Positions 1 through 10,699 of a stretch of 64,000 nt of DNA are shown one piece after another. Made by a program: the position numbers and the translations under genes. Position 1 is the first letter of the stretch, and each line of letters begins with the position of its first letter. The DNA comes from Promethearchaeota archaeon Loki_b32 (GTDB lineage: Archaea; Asgardarchaeota; Lokiarchaeia; Sigyniarchaeales; SOKP01): assembly GCA_005223125.1 (NCBI GenBank), contig NJBH01000009.1, positions 62,323 to 126,322 of the forward strand, written 5' to 3'. Under the pieces are notes generated by a model that was given only the letters and a program-made list of their open reading frames with translations, made no database searches and had not been told where the DNA came from.

Positions 1-890
1 CCAAACCCAAAAAATTGACTCAAGATTAATGTTGTTTTATTGCCAATTTTATCAGTGATGCGTCCAGCAGGAATTTGAAAAAGAGCATTTCCTATATTAA
101 ACCATAAGTAAATGAAAGCAATATCAGCTTTAGTTAAATTGTAATACTTATATAAACCACCAGTATAAATTGATAGAGAAATGCTATATACGAAAATATC
201 TAAAGTAAAGAAAATTAAAATGGATCTTGAAGTCTTGGTTGTTAAAATTTTCACCCATATATTATTCTTTTTCTTTTCAAGATTCTTATTTGGCATAGTT
301 CGATTTTGAGAATCTATAGATTGAGCAGAAATAAAGAATGTAAAGATTATTCCCTCAATAACTAATAAAAGAATAAAAAACATAAAATAAAATCTTGAAT
401 TGATTATTTGAGTAAGAATTATGAATAAGGATCCAGCAATTGTTCCCGCAAAATAGGAAAAAAACATAAATCCGAAAATCAAACCTTTCGATTTATTACT
501 ATTCTCAGCAACTAAAAATTGAGTATTTAGATTATTAATTATAAAACCTAAAAAGTAGAGCAATATTCCTAAAATGACATAATTTAAGCTATTCGGACTA
601 GCTAAGATTAACAGGAAGAGTCCTAAGATATAGAGGGGAATACTTGAAATGAGTAAATATTTGCGGTTAAATTTATCAGAGAATTTACCTATTATAGGCA
701 TTGGTAAAAATTGCATTACTGTTCCAATTGAAATAATCAAACCCGTTAAGACTATTGAATTTGTGAGTTCCAGTAAAAAGGGTTGATATACTATGGTAAA
801 CATACCAGTACCAAAACCATGAATAAGTTTAGTTATGGCTAAAGCGATTAAATTTCTACGTTTACTTTTATCTAAACTATTAAATACCAT
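1..890 (-). CDS. MFS transporter (3' end runs off the window)
   Basis: Manual translation from ATG at 890: MVFNSLDKSKRRNLIALAITKLIHGFGTGMF...; multiple hydrophobic helices and the MFS motif-A-like GKFSDKFNRK. Not in the ORF track. Confidence 0.8.
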   Translation of the reverse strand, partial: MVFNSLDKSKRRNLIALAITKLIHGFGTGMFTIVYQPFLLELTNSIVLTGLIISIGTVMQFLPMPIIGKFSDKFNRKYLLISSIPLYILGLFLLILASPNSLNYVILGILLYFLGFIINNLNTQFLVAENSNKSKGLIFGFMFFSYFAGTIAGSLFIILTQIINSRFYFMFFILLLVIEGIIFTFFISAQSIDSQNRTMPNKNLEKKKNNIWVKILTTKTSRSILIFFTLDIFVYSISLSIYTGGLYKYYNLTKADIAFIYLWFNIGNALFQIPAGRITDKIGNKTTLILSQFFGF

Positions 891-1027
891 TGAAATATCC
901 AATAAACTCTATTTTAATTTTAATAATTTTAATGTAGAAAATACATAATTAAACAAGAATATTATTTTTCTATATTAATTTAGAATGATTAAACTCCCAA
1001 ATTTGGAGAAGTTATAAAATAATGTGT

Positions 1028-1423
1028 TTACTTTTCTTTTTTTTTCATTTTTTTAAGGTTATTTAAAGCTATCTTGTATCCTTTATTCTTATTTGCTCTA
1101 TCTTCTAATCCAGTGCAGGGAAACTCTTGGCATTGATAACAATATTCCAATTTCTTATCATTTATACAACAATCTCTAATCCAACATTCTTTTGTCCAAC
1201 ACTCAGAAAGTTCACCCCTACAAGTACTACAATGAAAATCTTCTGGCTTTACATTATCCCACATCTTATCAAATATTCTAACTAATTTAGAAGCAATTCT
1301 GGGGTTAATTGGGGCTTGATAGATCTGACAATTACTGCAATCTAAACCACAAACCGAAATTATTTTTTGAATTCGAAAAGTTTTCACATCTTTCATGATT
1401 TTGATAATCCTTTCCTTTAACAA
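1028..1423 (-). CDS. DUF3795-like Cys-rich (Fe-S/Zn) protein
   Basis: CGLDCSNC...CSTCR...CWIRDCC...YCYQCQEFPC cysteine pattern. Confidence 0.7.
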   Translation of the reverse strand: MLKERIIKIMKDVKTFRIQKIISVCGLDCSNCQIYQAPINPRIASKLVRIFDKMWDNVKPEDFHCSTCRGELSECWTKECWIRDCCINDKKLEYCYQCQEFPCTGLEDRANKNKGYKIALNNLKKMKKKEK

Positions 1424-1488
1424 AAACCTCTCAATAAAGTGTCTAGATTAATATCTTTATCTAAATAATAAAGTTGATTTATGTCCAT

Positions 1489-2031
1489 TTAATATTCAAT
1501 ACCATATCTAGCTGTTATTCCTTGGGAGGAATAATAATGTTTTATCATTCTCATTTCAGTTACTAAATCTGCTAATTCCTTTATTTTAGGGTGCATTTTT
1601 GGCCCTCCTGTAAGTATTAATTCTACTCGACTTGGTTTCCTTTTAATAAGATTTAAAACCGGTTCAACTGTTATCACATTCATAGATATTGCAACACCAA
1701 TTTCATCAAGGATGACAACATCATATTCATCGCCCATAATAACCTCTTCAGCGAAAGCAAGAGCTTTTTTTCCTTCATTTTTATCAAATTCTCCTGGTTC
1801 TGCAATGAGTTCAGGACTGCCAAATTGCTTTAATTCAAAATTAGATATATTTTTGATAGCTTCAATTTCCCCGTATTTATAATTACCTTTCATAAATTGA
1901 ATCATATATACCTTAAATCCATGTCCTGTTGCACGTATACCTTGCCCTATCGCAGCAGTGGTTTTACCTTTCCCTCGTCCAAAGTATACTTGAACTAAAC
2001 CTTGCTTTAATCTTTTTCTAGTTGTACTCAT
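1489..2031 (-). CDS. cobO: Cob(I)yrinic acid a,c-diamide / corrinoid adenosyltransferase (CobO/BtuR)
   Basis: GLVQVYFGRGKGKTTAAIG, IQFMKG, YDVVILDE, ELILTG, ADLVTEM, GIEY. Confidence 0.92.
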   Translation of the reverse strand: MSTTRKRLKQGLVQVYFGRGKGKTTAAIGQGIRATGHGFKVYMIQFMKGNYKYGEIEAIKNISNFELKQFGSPELIAEPGEFDKNEGKKALAFAEEVIMGDEYDVVILDEIGVAISMNVITVEPVLNLIKRKPSRVELILTGGPKMHPKIKELADLVTEMRMIKHYYSSQGITARYGIEY

Positions 2032-2091
2032 CGTTATTCAATCTATTAATTTATTATATTTTGAAATACTCTATTATTTAATTAGTTTTTA

Positions 2092-2880
2092 ATGCTAGAT
2101 AGATGTGATTTCATGGGCAAATATGAGAATTTAAATAATAAATTGAATAAATATCTGAGATTAGCTACATTTCCTGTTGGAATAAAATTACTGGAAGATT
2201 CTAAACATTTAGATGATATTAAGTTTTTAAAAAAACCTGAACATAAAATTGCGCTCTGTCAAATATTTAGTTATGCTAGATATTATGGCTGGACAATGGG
2301 ATGTACAAAAGAAGATAATTTATGTCCATTAGCAGGAATTAGCATTGGTTTTGAAGAGTCATACAAGCTTTATGAGGAAGGTTCTTTTTTTATTGGAAGG
2401 TATAATGAAACCAAAGAAGCTGCTAAAAAAACAACGGCTACAATACCCAAATTACCTTATAATCAATATTCTGCAATAGTTTCTGGAACTTTGGGTCGTA
2501 TAGACTTTGAACCTGATCTAATCTTAATTTGGGGTAATTCTGCTCAAATTATGAGAATAATTCAAGGTTATTTATGGAAAAGAGGAGGAAGGGTTTCAAT
2601 GACTACTTTCTGTGATGGTGTATGCGCAGATACGATATCAAATGCGATGCTTACAGGTGATTTGCAGATTGCTTTTCCTTGCCTTGGTGATCGTCGATAC
2701 GGAATGGCAAAGGATTCCGATTTAATAGCATCAATACCAATTGACATTATAGATGAAATTATTGATGGAATGGAGGAAACTCATAAAGCAGGGACAAGAT
2801 ATCCGATTCCTTATCAGGTATCTACTCCTGAGTTTTTTGTAAAATTAAAAAAACAATTAGATAAAGTAAAAAAAAATTAA
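2092..2880 (+). CDS. DUF169 family protein (probable start 2113)
   Basis: PVGIK, LCQ, CPLA, PDLILIWG, CADT, PCLGDRRYG pattern. Confidence 0.8.
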   Translation: MLDRCDFMGKYENLNNKLNKYLRLATFPVGIKLLEDSKHLDDIKFLKKPEHKIALCQIFSYARYYGWTMGCTKEDNLCPLAGISIGFEESYKLYEEGSFFIGRYNETKEAAKKTTATIPKLPYNQYSAIVSGTLGRIDFEPDLILIWGNSAQIMRIIQGYLWKRGGRVSMTTFCDGVCADTISNAMLTGDLQIAFPCLGDRRYGMAKDSDLIASIPIDIIDEIIDGMEETHKAGTRYPIPYQVSTPEFFVKLKKQLDKVKKN

Positions 2881-4034
2881 TTTAATTTATTTTTATAGCG
2901 TTCTTCACCATATTTCTGATAAGCTTCTGGTATCGATTCAACAGGTATTTTATTCTCGACTTTTTCAAGAATTAATCGCTTAGATGAACAATTTGTTGAA
3001 CATACTCCGCACCCAATACATAAGTCATTTTTTAATTCTAAGTTAAATTTACCACCTTCTTCAATTGACGGAAAGATAGCATGAGTTGGGCATAAATCTA
3101 CGCATCGATAACATTCGGCGCATTCTATTGATTGATCTATTTTTGCCCGAAAGTTCGAGAGAGCCAATCCCCCCATTCTATGAAACTTAGTTAACATCTT
3201 TAAAATTCCACAGTGCTCTTTATCACAATTACATATGAAATCTGGTTTTTGGGCATTTAAAGTGCAATGTACCAATCCATTTTTTTCACATGTTATCAAT
3301 AATTCTAAAGCTTCTTCCTTAGATAATCTTTTACCCATTCCATTTTCAATGAAGTATTCTGCTACCATATCAAATGTCATACAAACATCTATAGCTGTTT
3401 TAGGTGTGTAACCCAAGTGTGTAGCTTTTACTTTGCAAGAACACGGCATTGTGGAAAAGGCTGTATATTGATTTATCAATTCTTCAACTTCCTCGAAAGC
3501 TAAGATTTTTTGTGATACAATTCCTAAATCTTCGTTAACTATAATCAATTTTTCTGATGTTTTAGAAGGTAGAACTCTAGGAAATGGATAATTAGATGCC
3601 CATGCTGTTGGAATTATATATCTGTTTAAATATTTATCAAAAAGCCTTGCGAGTCGCTTTATTTTCTCATCTGAATATATTTTTGCATTACTGAATACAA
3701 ACTCAAAAATACCTATTACAGTAGGCCAAATCATGAATTTTGCTCTTTTCCGGGATTTTCCTAATTTAAACATTAATCCTCTTTCTGCTAGAGAATTCAA
3801 AATCTCAATTACTTTTTCTACAGGTTTACCACTTCTTTGAGCTATCTCTATCGGAGATGCTTGGTCCATGATAGGTGCTTCAAAATAACTCAAAATCTCA
3901 GCTTCTTCCTCAGTAAAAATTTCTTTTAAAATTTTCATGATTCCAATAGATTTTGGTGTTCTTGTAGGCCATTTATCCATCCTTTGCCTTAATAATTCAT
4001 AATAATCCATTTTCAATGATTGATCTTGTGTCAT
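2877..4034 (-). CDS. 4Fe-4S dicluster protein with N-terminal wHTH
   Basis: C-terminal CAECYRCVDLCP and CIGCGVCSTNC; PCSC and ICNCDKEHC; N-terminal HTH-like segment. Confidence 0.8.
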   Translation of the reverse strand: MTQDQSLKMDYYELLRQRMDKWPTRTPKSIGIMKILKEIFTEEEAEILSYFEAPIMDQASPIEIAQRSGKPVEKVIEILNSLAERGLMFKLGKSRKRAKFMIWPTVIGIFEFVFSNAKIYSDEKIKRLARLFDKYLNRYIIPTAWASNYPFPRVLPSKTSEKLIIVNEDLGIVSQKILAFEEVEELINQYTAFSTMPCSCKVKATHLGYTPKTAIDVCMTFDMVAEYFIENGMGKRLSKEEALELLITCEKNGLVHCTLNAQKPDFICNCDKEHCGILKMLTKFHRMGGLALSNFRAKIDQSIECAECYRCVDLCPTHAIFPSIEEGGKFNLELKNDLCIGCGVCSTNCSSKRLILEKVENKIPVESIPEAYQKYGEERYKNKLN

Positions 4035-4231
4035 ATAATATTCACTAAAAAACTTTTTTAATTAAGGGAAAGCTAAGTAAAAATTTCTTATAAATCTGAT
4101 GTTAATTTTGATCTATTCTTTCTTAATAACAACTTACTAATAATATTGTTTTTAATTTGAATAATAATTATAATCTCTATATAATATTCTTAAAGAACCA
4201 TTAATATCAAATAAAAAAATGGCGTTTTAAA

Positions 4232-4831
4232 ATGACTGAGAGCAAATTGATGCCTTTACAAGAAGCTATATCAACTTACGTTCAAGATGGAGACCTTATA
4301 GGTATTGGAGGCCTTTCTTTTTGGAGGAAACCCATAAGTGCGTGTAGGGAAATAATTAGACAAAATAAAAAAGATTTATCAATTTGTACATTCGTAGGGG
4401 GGATAGATGTTGATATGCTCATAGCAGGAGGGTGTATTTCAGAAGTAAGAAGTTGTTTTATAGGAATGGAAATCTTTGGTATGGCACCACATTATAGAAA
4501 AGCTGTAGAATCAGGTGTTATTCACGTATCAGAGGAAAGTGAGGCTAATATTGCTTTAGGATTGAGAGCTTCTTACTTGAAAGTACCATTCATGCCTTTA
4601 AAGGGTATTATCGGAACTGATATGCCAAAAGTAAGAAATGATATAAAACAAATCGAAGATCCCCTTGGTTCAGGAACACAGGTTATGGCAGTACCTAAGA
4701 TCGACTTAGATGTAGCAATAATTCATGTTCCATATGCTGATGAATTTGGGAATGGTAATATAGCTGGAGCTGTATGGATGGATGCTGACATGGGAAAAAC
4801 AGCAAAAAAGACAATTATTAATCCTATATAA
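4232..4831 (+). pseudogene. 3'-truncated CoA-transferase subunit A (gctA-like), copy 1
   Basis: Near-identical protein to 7646-8506 up to ...TAKKTII, then a stop. Confidence 0.85.
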
Positions 4832-4877
4832 AAATCTAAAAAATTCTATAATACATTTGAAAATAAGGTGATATTAA

Positions 4878-5174
4878 ATGGTTGAGAGCAAATTGATGTC
4901 TTTAAAAGAAGCAATTTCAACTTACGTTCAAGACGGTGATCTTGTAGGGATTGGAGGGCCTTCCTTTTGGAGAAAACCCATTAGTGCATGCAGGGAAATA
5001 ATTAAGCAAAATAAGAAGGATCTATCAATTTGTACTTTTGTTGGTGGAATAGAAGTTGATATGCTTATTGCTGGAGGATATATTTCGGAAGTATGTTCTT
5101 GTTTTGTTGGAATGGAGATTTTTGGAATGGCACCACATTATCGAAAAGGGATTTTCTATAATAACCCCTTTTAA
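4878..5174 (+). pseudogene. 3'-truncated CoA-transferase subunit A (gctA-like), copy 2
   Basis: Matches the first ~90 aa of 7646-8506 (to PHYRK), with L>P, C>Y and R>C changes. Confidence 0.85.
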
Positions 5175-5223
5175 ACTCGAGAGCTTTAATAGAAATAATA
5201 ATAACCCCTATGGTGTTGTATCG

Positions 5224-7437
5224 ATGCCATTATCTATTAACAAAGCTTTAATAAAAATAAAAAAAATAAAAAAAAGATCAAGTAAAATTAAATATGAGTT
5301 TTTTTTTATATTAAACAGAATAATCCAAAGAAGAAGTGAAAAGAAAATAACTAAAAGAGTTTCATATTTTTTAGGTGTATCAATAGTTTTATGTTTGGTA
5401 TTTGGATCGTTAAAATTAGCGTTTAATTCACTCAATACTTCCGACACACAGCAAGCGGAAATGAAATTTAATAAGAACAATTTCAAAGAGCGTCCTAAGA
5501 TGTCTGTAATTCACGTACCAATTATTATTAACGGAAATGGTGACTTTCATACTCAAGCGTTGAATGAAGGGTGGTTTGGAGATGGAACGGAAGGCAATCC
5601 ATATGTTATTGAGGATTATATCATAAATATTAGTTATCCAAATTACCACTCTAACGGTATTGATATTCAGAACACAAATGTCTATTTCATTATCCAAAAA
5701 GTAACTATACACAATGAACATGGATATGATAATAGTGGATTTAGTTTATTCAATGTCAAAAACGGAGAACTAAGGGACAATACCGCCATTAATAATAATT
5801 ATGGTTTCTTTCTCCAATACGCTACCAATATCACCCTTATAGGTAATACTGCCTATAATGATTTCACTGCATCTTATGGTACAGGCTTCTACCTCCAAAA
5901 CTCAACTAATAACATCTTAATGGGCAATACTGTTGATAGTGATAATGAATATGGTTTTTACCTCCAATCCTCCGCCAATAACACCCTCACGGGCAATATC
6001 GTAAGCAAAAATTATAATCATGGTTTCAAGCTCAATGAATCTAGTAATAACTCCTTTATAGACAATATTGCTAATGATAATTTATTTGGTTTCTACCTCC
6101 AAAACTCTACCAATAACAACTTGATAGGTAATACCGCTAATAATAATTATAGAGATGGAATCCTCCTCCATAGCTCTGCAAATAACGTTTTAACCAACAA
6201 TATATTTAATAACAACGGAATTCGTATATTGAGTGACACATTAGAAGAATCTATTCAAACTCTAGTAGAAAATAATACAGTAAACGGAAAGGATTTGTTA
6301 TATTTTCAGAATAAGGTAAAAACTGTTATTTCTTCTGAAGTGGGACAGATTATCCTCGTTAATTGTTCATCCATTCAAATCGAAGATATTATTATTGAGA
6401 TGAAAGCATCAGTAGGATTTTTATTAATGTTTAGTAAAAATATCTCAATGATAAATAATACTGCTATTAATAATTATTATGGTTTCTACTTTCAATACTC
6501 TACTAATAGCACCTTGAAGGGCAATACTGCTATTAATAATCATATTGGTTTCCATCTCCAATACTCCACTAATAACACCCTAACAAAAAATACCGCCAAT
6601 AATAATTTTATTGGTTTCCACCTTCAATACTCCATTAATAATACCTTAACCGGTAATTACCCAAATGATAATGATCACGGATTCTATCTCTATACCTCCC
6701 CCAATAATATTTTGACTGATAATGTACTTATTAACAACGGTTTTGGCATGCACAGTTATACAGTAGAAGATTCCATTCAATCTTTAGTAAAAAATAATAC
6801 AATAAATGGAAAGGACTTGATATTTCTTCAGAATGAGATTAATACAATTATATCTTCAGAAGCTGGGCAATTTATTCTTGTTAATTGCTCGTTAATGCGT
6901 ATCGAAAATCTTATCATTGATATGAAGGTATTAACGGCGTTTGCATTGCACTTTAGTACAAATATTTTAATAATTAATAATACCTTCAACAATGTGTTTA
7001 TTGGTTTCCATCTCTGGTTCTCTACCAATAACACTCTGATAGGTAATACTGCTAATAATAATTACAATGGTTTTGTCCTCTATGCCTCCGTCAATAACAC
7101 TCTGATAGGCAATACTGCTAATAATAATCATAATGGTTTCTATCTCTATGGATCTTCTAATAATACCTTAATGGGCAATATAGCCAATTATAACGATGAG
7201 AATGGTATATACTTAGGCTCCAGTAATTATAATATAATTCGTGGAAATATTTTATTACATAATGGAAGAGATTGTATTGTTCAGCACGATTGCCTAGGAA
7301 ACGTTATTTTTGATAACATTTGTGAAGTTGATGAGACTAAAACTATAATTTCAAGCTATAATGTAGTGTTTTTAATTGGAATAATTACTCTTGTTTCCTT
7401 AATTTACATTAAAAAAAGATATATCAATTATAAATAG
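5224..7437 (+). CDS. NosD/CASH-type parallel beta-helix surface protein with C-terminal membrane anchor
   Basis: Many GFxLxxSxNNTLxGNTAxNN repeats; PIIINGNGDF...GDGTEGNPYVIE start; hydrophobic N-terminal segment; C-terminal ISSYN + TM + KKR (Loki-CTERM-like). The ORF-track start at 5056 overlaps the gctA fragment, so the true start is uncertain. Confidence 0.8.
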   Translation: MPLSINKALIKIKKIKKRSSKIKYEFFFILNRIIQRRSEKKITKRVSYFLGVSIVLCLVFGSLKLAFNSLNTSDTQQAEMKFNKNNFKERPKMSVIHVPIIINGNGDFHTQALNEGWFGDGTEGNPYVIEDYIINISYPNYHSNGIDIQNTNVYFIIQKVTIHNEHGYDNSGFSLFNVKNGELRDNTAINNNYGFFLQYATNITLIGNTAYNDFTASYGTGFYLQNSTNNILMGNTVDSDNEYGFYLQSSANNTLTGNIVSKNYNHGFKLNESSNNSFIDNIANDNLFGFYLQNSTNNNLIGNTANNNYRDGILLHSSANNVLTNNIFNNNGIRILSDTLEESIQTLVENNTVNGKDLLYFQNKVKTVISSEVGQIILVNCSSIQIEDIIIEMKASVGFLLMFSKNISMINNTAINNYYGFYFQYSTNSTLKGNTAINNHIGFHLQYSTNNTLTKNTANNNFIGFHLQYSINNTLTGNYPNDNDHGFYLYTSPNNILTDNVLINNGFGMHSYTVEDSIQSLVKNNTINGKDLIFLQNEINTIISSEAGQFILVNCSLMRIENLIIDMKVLTAFALHFSTNILIINNTFNNVFIGFHLWFSTNNTLIGNTANNNYNGFVLYASVNNTLIGNTANNNHNGFYLYGSSNNTLMGNIANYNDENGIYLGSSNYNIIRGNILLHNGRDCIVQHDCLGNVIFDNICEVDETKTIISSYNVVFLIGIITLVSLIYIKKRYINYK

Positions 7438-7645
7438 CTATTTAAAATCCAATTTTAATCTGCGATCTGAAATTTTCTAAATAATAAAATTATTTAATTT
7501 TAATTCTAAACTAATTTAGATTTCAGATAAAAATTATAAAAAGAGCTCTCTCATTCTCAATTCTTTAATTTGATAAATAATTATATTTTGCAAAATTAAA
7601 TTTTCACTAATATTAAATGAAAATAAATTGAGTATGTGTAAATAA

Positions 7646-8506
7646 ATGAGAAAGAGCAAGTTATTATCTTTAGAAGAAGCGATTTCTACTTATATACAAG
7701 ACGGAGATCTTGTTGGAATTGGTGGACTTTCTTTTTGGAGGAAGCCAATTAGTGCTTGTAGAGAAATAATTAGACAAAATAAAAAGGATTTATCTTTATG
7801 CACATTTGTTGGTGGTATTGAAGTTGATATGTTAATTGCGGGTGGATGTATTTCTGAAGTACGATCTTGTTTTGTTGGGATGGAGATTTTTGGAATGGCA
7901 CCAAATTTCCGAAAAGCAGTAGAATCTGGTTCGATCAAAATATCCGAAGAAAGTGAAGCTACAATTGCTTTAGGATTAAGAGCCTCATACTTGAAAGTCC
8001 CTTTCATGCCTTTAAAAGGTCTTATTGGTACTGATATGCCGAAAGTAAGGCATGATATTAAACAGATCGAAGACCCTCTTGGTTCCGGGACTCAGATTAT
8101 GGCAGTACCTAAGATAGATTTAGATGTCGCTATAATTCATGTGCCTTATGCTGATGAATTTGGAAATGGTAATATTGCTGGTGCTGTATGGATGGACGCT
8201 GATATGGGAAAAACAGCAAAAAAGACAATTATCACATGTGAGAAATTAGTGGAAACAGAGGATATTCGCTATTTACCCGGAAAAGCACAACTACCAATTC
8301 AAACAACTAATGCAGTAGTTAAAATGCCTTTTGGAGCACATCCAACCTCATGTTATCCTATATATACCTTTGATCCACTTCACATTCAATGCTATTTGAA
8401 AACTGATTTTGAAGATTATAAGAAAAAATTCATAACAGATAAAACACCTACTCAATATTTAGAAGAAACAGGTGGAGTACAAACAATTTTTAATATACTA
8501 TTATAG
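7646..8506 (+). CDS. gctA: Glutaconate/3-oxoacid CoA-transferase subunit A
   Basis: EAISTYIQDGDLVGIGG, VPFMPLKGLIGTD, DVAIIHVPYADEFGN, PFGAHPTSC. Confidence 0.85.
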   Translation: MRKSKLLSLEEAISTYIQDGDLVGIGGLSFWRKPISACREIIRQNKKDLSLCTFVGGIEVDMLIAGGCISEVRSCFVGMEIFGMAPNFRKAVESGSIKISEESEATIALGLRASYLKVPFMPLKGLIGTDMPKVRHDIKQIEDPLGSGTQIMAVPKIDLDVAIIHVPYADEFGNGNIAGAVWMDADMGKTAKKTIITCEKLVETEDIRYLPGKAQLPIQTTNAVVKMPFGAHPTSCYPIYTFDPLHIQCYLKTDFEDYKKKFITDKTPTQYLEETGGVQTIFNILL

Positions 8507-8515
8507 GAGGGAAAA

Positions 8516-9397
8516 ATGATGAGTGAATATTCAAAAGATTATACTACAGATGAAATGATGACTGTATTAATGGCAAGAGAAGTTAGAAACGATGATGTAA
8601 TGATCGTTGGTGTGGCAACTCCTATGGTATGGGCAGCATTTACATTAGCAAAATTGACTCATGCACCAGATGCAATATACCATTATATCATGGGAAATAC
8701 TTTTGTACAAGAAGCACGACAAGTATCACTACTATATCTTGAGATGAATACAGCGAGAGCATATCGATTTCAAGATAGTGTAGAATGTACCTTAGAATCA
8801 TTACCCTCTGATAAACTTACAACCATTGAATTTTTTCGACCAGCCCAGATTGACCAATATGGGAATTCTAATAACATTTGTATAGGAGATTGGAAGAAGC
8901 CTAAAATTCGACTCCCTGGTGCTGCAGGTATCTTAGATTTTAGCATGTTTTATGCTCGTGGTTCTTTTCTTTATACACCACGACATGATACAAGAACATT
9001 TGTACCGACAGAAAAGTTATTCTTTATTTCTGGTGTAGGATTTCCAGATGGAAAACCTTCTATATGCGGGGGGGCTGGACCTCAGTGTGTAATTACTAAC
9101 CTAGCTTATTTGGATTTTGAAAACGAAACAAAAAGGATGAGGTTAAATTCAATTCATCCTGGCAATGATCTTGAGACTTTAAAAAATTCAACTGGATTTG
9201 AACTGATTGTTTCAGAAGAAATAAAAGAGACTATACCTCCTACGAAGAAAGAAATTGAATTATTAAGAGAAAAGGTTGATCCATTAAATATCAGAAAATT
9301 AGAAGTTCTTTCAGGTAATGAACGAGAAGAGCTATTAGATGATATAATTCAAAAAGATTTAGCAAAGCAAAATAAATTTCCCAAATTATTATTCTAA
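8516..9397 (+). CDS. gctB: Glutaconate/3-oxoacid CoA-transferase subunit B
   Basis: AQIDQYGNSN, RLPGAAG, GPQCVITNLA, SIHPG, TGFEL; follows subunit A with a GGAGG RBS. Confidence 0.85.
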   Translation: MMSEYSKDYTTDEMMTVLMAREVRNDDVMIVGVATPMVWAAFTLAKLTHAPDAIYHYIMGNTFVQEARQVSLLYLEMNTARAYRFQDSVECTLESLPSDKLTTIEFFRPAQIDQYGNSNNICIGDWKKPKIRLPGAAGILDFSMFYARGSFLYTPRHDTRTFVPTEKLFFISGVGFPDGKPSICGGAGPQCVITNLAYLDFENETKRMRLNSIHPGNDLETLKNSTGFELIVSEEIKETIPPTKKEIELLREKVDPLNIRKLEVLSGNEREELLDDIIQKDLAKQNKFPKLLF

Positions 9398-9584
9398 GTA
9401 AATAGTTAAATACATCTAAAAATATCGCAAAATCTTATTTTTTTTTGATCGTTATATTTAATAGTTCAAAAATACCTATAAAACAACAATAAGTTTTGTG
9501 TAATATAATAAAAAGTTATTAGATTATTAATTTATAATATAATTAGTGAATTTTGTAGTTGAAATGAAAGATAGTTAAAACAAA

Positions 9585-10022
9585 ATGGAAAGAGTAAAAT
9601 ACAAGATTATAAGTATAGATGAATTGGAGAGAGCGATAACTAACATAAGTAAAAATCATGACGAGATTTTATTATGTTATTTATATGGTTCTTATGTATC
9701 AGGGAACAAAACAGAATTTAGTGATATTGATATTGGAATTTTCCTTGATAATGCATTCAAAAAACACTATTTATATCAAGTAGAATTAAGCTTAGAAATA
9801 GAAAAAGAATTCGATAACAAGATTGAAATAGATTTATGCATTTTAAACGAGGCTACGCCTCGATTTTTGTACAATGTTATAAAAAGTGGACAGAATATCT
9901 ATTCAAAGGAAAAAAAAATACAATATGAATATGAAATAAGAATTTTATATTATTATTTAGATATTAAGCCAATGTTAGACATGTATGACAAGATAACCAT
10001 CATGGAGGCACTTAAAAATTAA
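9585..10022 (+). CDS. Minimal nucleotidyltransferase (MNT) antitoxin, type VII TA
   Basis: YLYGSYVSGNKTEFSDIDIG (GSx10DxD) and IDLCILN. Confidence 0.88.
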   Translation: MERVKYKIISIDELERAITNISKNHDEILLCYLYGSYVSGNKTEFSDIDIGIFLDNAFKKHYLYQVELSLEIEKEFDNKIEIDLCILNEATPRFLYNVIKSGQNIYSKEKKIQYEYEIRILYYYLDIKPMLDMYDKITIMEALKN

Positions 10023-10434
10023 AATAAATCGTGATTTAGTAATTACTAGGTTAAATAAGCTAAATGAATTATTAGATATTTTAAATGAGCTAAAAAATAT
10101 AAAGAAAGAAGATTTCCTGTCTAACTATAAGAACTATTTTACAACCCAGAGAACTTTAGAAATTTGTATAAACATATGTATAGATATTGGAAATCACATT
10201 GTTTCTCTCAATAATATAGAAAGACCTGAAACATTTAGCGATATCATTAAAATATTAGCTAAACATAATGTTATAAGCGAGGAACTTTCAACTCGATTAA
10301 TTAAAATGGTAAGATTTCGCAATTTATTAGGACATTTTTATTTAGAAATTGATAATGAAATTATTTATAATATTTTACAAAATGATATTAAAGATTTTAA
10401 TTCTTTTAGGGAAGCAATATTAGCTAAGTTGTAA
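10018..10434 (+). CDS. HEPN/DUF86 ribonuclease toxin; no canonical start (ATT at 10018)
   Basis: Manual translation (I)KINRDLVITRLNKL...RTLEICINICIDIGNHI...MVRFRNLLGHFYLEID...AKL*; Rx4H motif RNLLGH; GGAGG at 10004-10008. Not in the ORF track. Confidence 0.8.
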   Translation: MKINRDLVITRLNKLNELLDILNELKNIKKEDFLSNYKNYFTTQRTLEICINICIDIGNHIVSLNNIERPETFSDIIKILAKHNVISEELSTRLIKMVRFRNLLGHFYLEIDNEIIYNILQNDIKDFNSFREAILAKL

Positions 10435-10495
10435 ATAAATTTGTAAGATAAAAGTTAAAGCCTCTATTGGTTTTTATTTAATCATTCTAAAAGAT

Positions 10496-10648
10496 AAGAA
10501 GGAAATCAAACTATAAAGGGAAAGAGTAGGTCCATTGGGAACGAGAAAGTTAAAAGAACTTGCTGGAAAAGAACGTGAAGAATTACCTAATAAAATTATC
10601 AAAAAAGAATTATCTATGGAAAAAAGGTTTCCAAAATCATTTAATTAA
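10496..10648 (+). pseudogene. Degenerate copy of the gctB 3' end
   Basis: Translates KKEIKL*RERVGPLGTRKLKELAGKEREELPNKIIKKELSMEKRFPKSFN*, versus gctB KKEIELLREKVDPLNIRKLEVLSGNEREELLDDIIQKDLAKQNKFPKLLF. Confidence 0.8.
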
Positions 10649-10699
10649 TATTTTATAGCATAATAGAAAACTTTCATTGATTTTGAGCGATATTAATAT

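Noticed and set aside
5056-5223. N-terminal extension of the beta-helix ORF
   Set aside because: It overlaps the gctA fragment in another frame; an artefact of longest-ORF calling.
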